From the IMG/VR virus record IMGVR_UViG_2663762857_000011, positions 1 to 4,903 of that record: DNA of 4,903 bases; one strand, given 5' to 3'. The notes under the pieces are model-generated. The model ran no database searches. It saw nothing but the letters and a program-made list of their open reading frames with translations, and was not told where the DNA came from. Positions 1-4,747 of the stretch are shown here, in pieces. The stretch's first letter is position 1. Every line of letters begins with the position of its first letter. Both the position numbers and the translations under genes were made by a program. The DNA comes from a virus (Duplodnaviria > Heunggongvirae > Uroviricota > Caudoviricetes).

Positions 1-144
1 ACCGGGTTCTCCTTTCCATTTTTGGCAAACAAAAACTCCTGTTAAATTGCCGTGCTGGTTAACAGATGTATGCCCTACGATGTAGCTTCCTTTAGTTGCT
101 TTCTCTGCCTTTTCACGCAGTGCCTGATAGTTAATTTGGGTCAC
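1..144 (-). CDS. Hypothetical protein, partial: N-terminal 48 codons, continues past the left edge of the window
   Basis: GTG at 144..142 overlaps the upstream TGA stop (GTGA). GGAGG lies 7 nt upstream. The frame is open for 48 codons to position 1 (VTQINYQALREKAEKATKGSYIVGHTSVNQHGNLTGVFVCQKWKGEPG). Absent from the ORF track, presumably because it is truncated. No homology recognised. Confidence 0.4.
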   Translation of the reverse strand, partial: MTQINYQALREKAEKATKGSYIVGHTSVNQHGNLTGVFVCQKWKGEPG

Positions 145-365
145 TCTTCATCCTCCAAGTCGGCAACGGCGTCCATCACATCAGAACCGCGAATAACCTC
201 AAAAGCACGGCAGGCCATTTGAAATACCAGTTGCTCTTGCGGATGCGGTGATTCCCAATATTTGAATCCAGGGCGATGCGCGTACCCCATCATTGAATAA
301 AAATCACCAGCAAGCTTAATCGCGGCATCAACAAGCTCTCTGTTAGTCATTCTTTTTCCGCTCAC
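141..365 (-). CDS. Small hypothetical protein with acidic C-terminus (about 75 aa from GTG; ORF track gives 85 aa from an upstream start at 398)
   Basis: ORF track 141..398. The preferred start is GTG at 365..363, preceded by AAGGAGG at 6 nt spacing and overlapping the upstream stop as GTGA. C-terminus ...VMDAVADLEDEE. Leftward early operon context. No recognised domain. Confidence 0.55.
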   Translation of the reverse strand: MSGKRMTNRELVDAAIKLAGDFYSMMGYAHRPGFKYWESPHPQEQLVFQMACRAFEVIRGSDVMDAVADLEDEE

Positions 366-973
366 TGGTTGCCTCCTTTGCGAATCTGTTCCGCCCATTC
401 TTCTAGGGATTTCTCCGCATATTCACCGGACAGGCCATCAATCGGGTGTGGTTCATTAGCCAACTCTTCTTTCGCTGACAGAATCATGCGTGTAACGTCG
501 AAAACTTCACGTAAAGACTTATTGATAAATCCGTGATTGAAAGCAGCAGCAAGACGGCTTGCGGTATAGTTAATCCCCTCGTTGCGTGCTTCCGCACGAA
601 TTTCAGCCAGGAAATCATCGGTGGCTGGAGTTTCGCTGTGGTGCAGGGCATCGTTGATAATCATTGCAGCAACACCAGCCTGCCCTGCATCCGTGACCGA
701 CACATGCTCAAGAGTTACGGCCATTGCGTGTTTCAGCCCCGCATTCTCCGCCGCCAGCGCCGAAAACTTCTCGTGTGCCAACTTAACAGCTGCATCAGCC
801 TGCTTAATTGACTCAATCGCTTTCTGTTGGTCTTCGGACAGAGCCAAAATCTTGGCCTCCGCTTCAGCAAATTTACGCACCAGATATTCAGCATTTGTTT
901 CATTCACTTTCAGATCTCGTGGTACACATTTCCCGCGAAGAAACCCTTCCATTTCGAAAACATTCATGCGCAT
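362..973 (-). CDS. Hypothetical Ala-rich, probably alpha-helical protein (203 aa), early-left operon
   Basis: ORF track 362..973. ATG at 973 has GGAG 8 nt upstream and overlaps the upstream gene end by 10 nt. An alternative ATG at 967 forms an ATGA overlap with the upstream stop. The stop overlaps the next start (GTGA). No family recognised from sequence alone. Confidence 0.7.
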   Translation of the reverse strand: MRMNVFEMEGFLRGKCVPRDLKVNETNAEYLVRKFAEAEAKILALSEDQQKAIESIKQADAAVKLAHEKFSALAAENAGLKHAMAVTLEHVSVTDAGQAGVAAMIINDALHHSETPATDDFLAEIRAEARNEGINYTASRLAAAFNHGFINKSLREVFDVTRMILSAKEELANEPHPIDGLSGEYAEKSLEEWAEQIRKGGNQ

Positions 974-1500
974 GTGCGTAACTCCGATAACTCGTTAAAG
1001 CGCTCCATAAACATCCCGTAGGCATGGCTCGGAGCCAGTGGAATAACTTTGAACATTTCTGTTGCCGGGATACCTTCCAGTACTGGCCAGAAAGAGCCAT
1101 CATCAAGCCCGAGATCGCGACGTTCGGTTGCCAGCATAATGAGATCGGCATATTTCACTGGCGTGCTCATAACAGGAGGTAACCCGTATTTCTCACGGAT
1201 TACGGCGTCTATTTTTTCTTCCATCCGTTTATAGTCAGGAAGAAGGCGTTTCAGTGGCGCGGGGATGTCCTGGCAATACGCTTCTGTTGCATCATGCATT
1301 AATGCTTCAAAAGCAAATTCCTGCGGTACCAGCTGGCTGCAAAGCACCGCATGTTGGGCGACGCTGTAGAAATGAGAAAGATGACCGGCAAAGCGGCAGA
1401 TATTTGAAAGGGAAACCGCGATATCGTTAATCACGATGTCGTCTTTATTTATCTTGTCATAATAAAAATGCTTCCCGGAAAAAGTTTTAATAAATGACAT
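964..1500 (-). CDS. yfdR: HD-domain phosphohydrolase, YfdR-like 5'-deoxynucleotidase (178 aa)
   Basis: Start trimmed from the ORF-track 964..1569 to ATG at 1500..1498 (MSFIKTF...), which has GGAG about 7 nt upstream. HD signature: H...H (RFAGHLSHFYSVAQHA) followed by ALMHDATEAYCQDIPAPLKR, resembling the YfbR/YfdR pattern recalled from memory. Length equals the 178 aa recalled for prophage YfdR. The symbol is a family-level assignment, not a verified ortholog. Confidence 0.75.
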   Translation of the reverse strand: MSFIKTFSGKHFYYDKINKDDIVINDIAVSLSNICRFAGHLSHFYSVAQHAVLCSQLVPQEFAFEALMHDATEAYCQDIPAPLKRLLPDYKRMEEKIDAVIREKYGLPPVMSTPVKYADLIMLATERRDLGLDDGSFWPVLEGIPATEMFKVIPLAPSHAYGMFMERFNELSELRTCA

Positions 1501-1541
1501 TTTGTTCTCCACGTTATATGCGCTGCACCGCTCTGAATTTT

Positions 1542-1592
1542 GATTGCAGCAATCCAGCCCATTTGACATGGGATGATTGCTGCAATTTTTTT
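1542..1592 (+). terminator. Terminator-like extended hairpin on the plus strand (12 bp perfect stem, inner 5 bp stem, then T-run), opposing the minus-strand operon
   Basis: attgcagcaatc (1543..1554) pairs with gattgctgcaat (1575..1586). The loop holds a nested palindrome cccat-ttgac-atggg. Six to seven T follow (1586..1592) on the plus strand only. Lies between the RdgC-like stop (1591..1593) and the HD gene start (1500). Confidence 0.45.
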
Positions 1593-2508
1593 AAGTTGTT
1601 GGATTTTGGCTTTTATCTTCTTTGTAAGAAAGAAGGTCACACATCAAATTAACTACCTTGCTGAATTGGAAAAGGTCAGCGCCAGTCTGATGACGCCACT
1701 GGAATGCTTTATCATCTTCATCATTAAATGTCTGAGATTGAGTATTGATGCGCGAAAAATGGAAATTTTCGGTAAGAATGAAGGTCACACCGCAACCGGA
1801 TAACTCCATTTTATCAGCAGTGAAACTACTACTAAGGCTATCGGCCAGTTCGCTTTGAATTGACTCATGCTCAGCTGAGTAGCGAATAATTTCCTTTTGA
1901 TCTGCGTAGCGTGATAGCTGAATATAATTTCCGACAGTGAATCCTTCAAATGCATTGGCTGCACCATTGATGTAGTTATTCAGGCGTGTAGTCAGTCCAT
2001 TCTTGATATCACTGATGTTGATTGTTTCTGTTTTCACTGAACCGACAACCTTAATCAGCATTGCGCATACCATACCGGCTATTATTTTATTGGTTGTGTT
2101 GATTACCAATAATTTCTCATCAGTGCTGTACAATGCAAGAATCAGCGTAGACTTAACAAATGCCTGTTTGCATAGATCTACTCGTACGTTATCAATAATG
2201 GTCAGTCGTTCGGCACGCTTTAATTTATTCCCGGACATATTTTCGATTGTTTGGATTCGAGAATTAGCTTCTTTCATGACGACATGTCGGGGAATTATTT
2301 TCTGATCATGACGGATTACCATTGCGTACCCACCAGATATCGGAGTTACCAGTTCACCAGTGACAGGATTCTCTACAAAAGAGGACCGTGAAAGTTCTGT
2401 TTCCCCGATTTCAGAATAAGGGAGTTCGAGAAGATGACCTTCAATAGCCTGTATACTAGGTAATGTTGCTCGGTACACAATTGCGTTACGAAATTTTGGT
2501 AATTTCAT
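1591..2508 (-). CDS. rdgC: RdgC-like recombination-associated protein (306 aa)
   Basis: Start trimmed from the ORF-track 1591..2658 to ATG at 2508..2506 (MKLPKFRNAIVYR...), preceded by GAGGA at 7 nt. The N-terminal motif FRNAIVYR resembles RdgC FKNLMVYR. Further blocks (GYAMVIRHDQKIIPRHVVMK; KLKRAERLTIIDNVRVDLCKQAF) align with E. coli RdgC as recalled from memory. The upstream in-frame extension is a TTG-initiated read-through of the structured leader with no RBS. Confidence 0.75.
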   Translation of the reverse strand: MKLPKFRNAIVYRATLPSIQAIEGHLLELPYSEIGETELSRSSFVENPVTGELVTPISGGYAMVIRHDQKIIPRHVVMKEANSRIQTIENMSGNKLKRAERLTIIDNVRVDLCKQAFVKSTLILALYSTDEKLLVINTTNKIIAGMVCAMLIKVVGSVKTETINISDIKNGLTTRLNNYINGAANAFEGFTVGNYIQLSRYADQKEIIRYSAEHESIQSELADSLSSSFTADKMELSGCGVTFILTENFHFSRINTQSQTFNDEDDKAFQWRHQTGADLFQFSKVVNLMCDLLSYKEDKSQNPTT

Positions 2509-3107
2509 TCTATTTTCCTCTGCACAAGATATTAGTTTCTCCACAAAACAGAGAAGAACACCTGCGGTGGCAGCCGCCCGGGTGGATTGGGTTATGAGCC
2601 CGTCGTCCGGTGATGCTCTTCTCTGTTTTGTAAAAAGAGCGGTACCAGCCGGAAGCAAGTGTACAAACTGGTACCGCCAAAGCAGTGGCTGCTGTGGTGA
2701 CCGATGCTGATCTCCGGCTTGCGGTTATTTCAGACTCTCACGGGCGTTTAATTGCCCCGCCGAACAGCTCTTTTCCGCAATAGCTGCAATGTCTTTCGTG
2801 CATCAGCCTGCGCATTCACCACAACGCTGAGAGCACTTAGCCAGTTACGGCACCACACTTTGTCGCGGTTCCATAAATGCCCTCATCGTTGCACCCTGGT
2901 CTCTTCCCAGGTGTCAAACCGAACCGCCACGCTGGTTAGGCGTCTTATCAGCATCCTCATTGACTTGCACATTCCGGCTACCTGGTTTGTTTGCCCGAGC
3001 AAGGAGTGGATTGTCCCCTTTAACGTCCCCAGACCGCTAACGACGCATGTGCCATACGCCGTGTTACAACCAAATTTTGTTTAATCTTGCCTGTGACATG
3101 TTTCTTT
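2509..3107 (-). other. Long (~590 nt) untranslated, GC-enriched, inverted-repeat-rich leader between the pL-like promoter and the first leftward gene; candidate structured RNA or regulatory element
   Basis: No minus-strand ORF of 60 aa or more. All three minus frames are interrupted by stops (one frame has stops at 3066, 3039, 2916, 2847, 2805 and 2727). Local GC is about 55-57% against roughly 40-45% in flanking genes (estimated by eye). Multiple hairpins, including the 18 bp inverted repeat at 2543..2631 and GGTACCAG/CTGGTACC at 2641..2675. Confidence 0.4.
2543..2631 (-). repeat. 18 bp inverted repeat flanking a 53 nt GC-rich loop (89 nt hairpin) just upstream of the RdgC-like RBS
   Basis: Plus acaaaacagagaagaaca (2543..2560) against tgctcttctctgttttgt (2614..2631). 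The single mismatch is A/C on the plus strand but a G.U wobble on the minus-strand RNA, so the stem is fully paired only in the leftward transcript. Confidence 0.6.
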
Positions 3108-3142
3108 TAGATACATTATGTATCTCAAGGGTACATTGTCAA
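3108..3142 (-). promoter_or_regulatory. pL-like early leftward promoter (-35 TTGACA, 16 nt spacer, -10 CATAAT)
   Basis: On the minus strand, TTGACA at 3142..3137 and CATAAT at 3120..3115. Sits immediately downstream of the cI terminator and upstream of the leader. The -10 is overlapped by the 17 bp palindrome. Confidence 0.5.
3109..3125. promoter_or_regulatory. Operator-like 17 bp perfect palindrome (agatacat-t-atgtatct) overlapping the -10 of the pL-like promoter (oL candidate)
   Basis: Perfect 8 bp arms around a single central base. The position overlapping a promoter -10 is typical of a repressor operator. Confidence 0.45.
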
Positions 3143-3146
3143 GTAT

Positions 3147-3169
3147 AAAAAAACCTGCCGAAGCAGGTT
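3147..3169 (-). terminator. Rho-independent terminator downstream of the repressor gene
   Basis: Minus-strand RNA: AACCUGC-UUCG-GCAGGUU followed by five or more U. That is a 7 bp stem with a UUCG tetraloop, starting 12 nt after the cI stop at 3181..3183. Confidence 0.7.
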
Positions 3170-3180
3170 ATAAATATTGA

Positions 3181-3855
3181 TTAGGCCTTTATTTTGTATC
3201 TTCTTGGTTTTCCTGAGAAAATTACTGTGCCAATTATAGAGCAATTACCGTTGATCTTAATGTAAGGTTCAGGCCAGTTTGGGTTTAATGCTTTGAGGTA
3301 ACGCTGTGTTCCATCTTCTATCAACCGCTTAAAGGTGGTTTCGCCTGTATCGTGCATCAATGCAATAACGTCGTCACCGTGGCAGGCAGGGACTTCAGGA
3401 TCTACAAAAATCATGTCTCCCGGGCGGTACTCATCAATCATTGAATCACCAATCACCCGCAAGATATAAGTCATTTCGCCACAGGGTACAGGGCAGGGAT
3501 AAGTTTCTGCTGTGCTCAAATCAACCTCAGAATAGCCAACTTCTTTCCATGCTCCGGCCTGTACCCATGATATGACAGGGACTAACGTTATTTGTTTGTT
3601 AGTAATTGAAACATCAGGTTTTTTTGTGATGTTTGTTGTCTGGTGTTCTTGATCAAGCCATCCGACAGGCAGGTCGAAACATTTTTCGATGTGCCGTGCC
3701 ATGCTGTCACCGATATTTTTAGTAGCACCATCTCCCATAAACCTGCTGGTCTGGGTTGGCTCGCGATCAATCATGGTGGCAAAGGAAGAATTCCCGCCAA
3801 CACCATCTCTCAGTTTTCTGGCGTTAGACCGCCGGATGTCATGGACTGTTTTCAT
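3181..3855 (-). CDS. Prophage repressor, CI/LexA family (N-terminal HTH plus C-terminal S24 autopeptidase), 224 aa
   Basis: ORF track 3181..3855. The C-terminal domain has the S24 signature: GDSM with Ser138, FKRL with Lys176 (38 residues apart), and a candidate Ala100-Gly101 autocleavage site (VQAGAW). The N-terminal 70 aa is HTH-like. Divergent from the Cro-like gene and followed by a terminator. Confidence 0.9.
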   Translation of the reverse strand: MKTVHDIRRSNARKLRDGVGGNSSFATMIDREPTQTSRFMGDGATKNIGDSMARHIEKCFDLPVGWLDQEHQTTNITKKPDVSITNKQITLVPVISWVQAGAWKEVGYSEVDLSTAETYPCPVPCGEMTYILRVIGDSMIDEYRPGDMIFVDPEVPACHGDDVIALMHDTGETTFKRLIEDGTQRYLKALNPNWPEPYIKINGNCSIIGTVIFSGKPRRYKIKA

Positions 3856-3871
3856 AACGAAATTAAAACCT

Positions 3872-3890
3872 TTGTACCGATAGGGTACAA
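3872..3890. promoter_or_regulatory. Operator-like 19 bp perfect palindrome TTGTACC-gatag-GGTACAA in the cI/cro intergenic region (oR candidate)
   Basis: Perfect 7 bp arms with a 5 bp spacer. Located 17 bp from the cI start codon and about 55 bp upstream of the cro start. GTAC-containing half-site-like motifs recur at 3934..3948 and 3131..3136. Confidence 0.45.
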
Positions 3891-3945
3891 GTATCTTTAA
3901 GGTTCATCTCAATCATGTAGTATGTATATTGGAGGTACATATTGT

Positions 3946-4146
3946 ATGAAAGCGTATTGGGACTCTTTAACCAAAGAACAGCAGGGCGAGTTGGCCGGAA
4001 AAGTTGGCTCAACACCAGGCTACTTACGGCTGGTTTTCAATGGTTATAAAAAAGCCAGTTTTGTGCTGGCTAAAAAACTTGAGCAATGCACGTCAGGTGC
4101 AATTACGAAATCTGACTTAAGACCGGATATCTATCCGAAAGATTAA
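3946..4146 (+). CDS. Cro-like small HTH regulator (YdaS/Cro family), 66 aa
   Basis: Start trimmed from the ORF-track 3922..4146 to ATG at 3946, which has GGAGG at 3931..3935. The upstream ATG at 3922 has no RBS and would translate the SD itself. The C-terminal motif ...SGAITKSDLRPDIY resembles the YdaS-type Cro pattern (...G.V....LRPD). Divergent from the repressor. Confidence 0.75.
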   Translation: MKAYWDSLTKEQQGELAGKVGSTPGYLRLVFNGYKKASFVLAKKLEQCTSGAITKSDLRPDIYPKD

Positions 4147-4177
4147 CAGAACACCTTCAATTTTTAACCACAGAACG

Positions 4178-4747
4178 ATGAGGCTAACCGTGGGTAAGCA
4201 TCACTGGAAAGTAGAAAAACAGCCTGAGTGGTACGTGAAAGCTGTCAGAAAAACTATCGCGGCGTTGCCGGGGGGTTACGCTGAAGCTGCTGAGTGGCTG
4301 GATGTAACAGAGAACGCTTTATTCAATCGCCTTCGTGCCGATGGCGATCAGATTTTCCCGCTGGGATGGGCAATGATTTTACAACGTGCTGGTGGAACTC
4401 ACTTCATTGCTGACGCTGTGGCGCAGTCTGCAAATGGCGTCTTTGTGTCTCTTCCTGACGTCGAGGATGTGGACAACGCCGATATTAACCAGCGTCTGCT
4501 GGAAGTCATCGAACAGATCGGGAGTTACTCAAAGCAGATTCGTTCGGCAATCGAAGATGGGGTAGTGGAACCGCATGAGAAAACAGCAATTAACGACGAA
4601 CTGTATCTTTCAATTTCGAAGCTCCAGGAGCATGCAGCACTGGTCTACAAAATCTTCTGCGCTCCAGAAAAGAGTAACGCCCGCGAGTGTGCAGCTCCGG
4701 GCGTCGTGGCGTCGATTGCTTCTGGTTGTGGAGAAACTAACGCATGA
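4178..4747 (+). CDS. CII-like / YdaT-family early regulatory protein (189 aa; possible GTG start at 4190 giving 185 aa)
   Basis: ORF track 4178..4747. Sits directly after cro, the position that CII or YdaT occupies in lambdoid prophages. GAGG lies 6 nt before the in-frame GTG at 4190, whereas no clear SD precedes ATG 4178. The family assignment is by position and general resemblance only. Confidence 0.6.
   Translation: MRLTVGKHHWKVEKQPEWYVKAVRKTIAALPGGYAEAAEWLDVTENALFNRLRADGDQIFPLGWAMILQRAGGTHFIADAVAQSANGVFVSLPDVEDVDNADINQRLLEVIEQIGSYSKQIRSAIEDGVVEPHEKTAINDELYLSISKLQEHAALVYKIFCAPEKSNARECAAPGVVASIASGCGETNA

Noticed and set aside
533-1234. Shadow ORFs overlapping the 203 aa and HD-hydrolase genes (533..811 +, 582..998 +, 827..1021 +, 900..1151 -, 1049..1234 +)
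   Set aside because: They lie antisense to or out of frame with better-supported, SD-equipped, translationally coupled genes. Their compositions are biased (Cys/Ser/Arg-rich) and they lack RBSs.
1449-2305. Shadow ORFs around the RdgC-like gene (1449..1640 -, 1573..1803 +, 1785..1967 -, 2003..2305 +)
   Set aside because: They overlap the RdgC-like CDS or the intergenic hairpin, have no RBS, and are hydrophobic or low-complexity translations of the opposite or shifted frame.
2509-2658. In-frame 5' extension of the RdgC-like ORF (the track's 355 aa version)
   Set aside because: It would start at TTG with no RBS and translate straight through the 18 bp hairpin. The internal ATG at 2508 has a well-spaced GAGGA, and the RdgC homology begins there.
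2791-2810. CUGAUG...GAAA motif on the minus strand resembling part of a hammerhead ribozyme core
   Set aside because: Only 3 nt separate the two conserved blocks, so helix II cannot form, and no matching cleavage-site context was found.
2738-2815. 25-codon minus-strand micro-ORF with a CxxC pair (MRRLMHERHCSYCGKELFGGAIKRP) in the leader
   Set aside because: No credible SD, only two Cys, and buried in a hairpin-rich region. Other leader micro-ORFs of 11-29 codons are equally unsupported.
2752-3084. Plus-strand 110 aa ORF (MPRRTALFRNSCNVFRASACAFTTTLRALSQ...) inside the leader region
   Set aside because: It is antisense to the expected leftward early transcript and has no SD. Its composition is Arg/Thr/Leu/Ser/Pro/Cys-rich and low in complexity, as expected from translating a GC-rich structured region.
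2509-3107. Retron msr/msd, CRISPR array, tRNA/tmRNA or REP/ERIC element as the explanation for the structured leader
   Set aside because: No reverse transcriptase ORF is adjacent. There are no regularly spaced direct repeats, no tRNA-like T-arm or acceptor features, and no match to the REP or ERIC consensus as recalled.
3147-3169. cI terminator acting bidirectionally, also on the plus strand
   Set aside because: On the plus strand the stem is followed by TATAAATATT rather than a clean U-tract, and no plus-strand gene lies upstream to terminate.
3588-3900. ORFs overlapping the repressor gene (3588..3770 -, 3643..3900 +, 3689..3883 +)
   Set aside because: They lie within or antisense to the repressor CDS, which has clear S24 domain support. 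None has an RBS.
3922-3945. Upstream ATG giving a 74 aa Cro-like protein (MYIGGTYC...)
   Set aside because: This extension would translate the GGAGG Shine-Dalgarno itself and has no RBS of its own. ATG at 3946 is properly placed.
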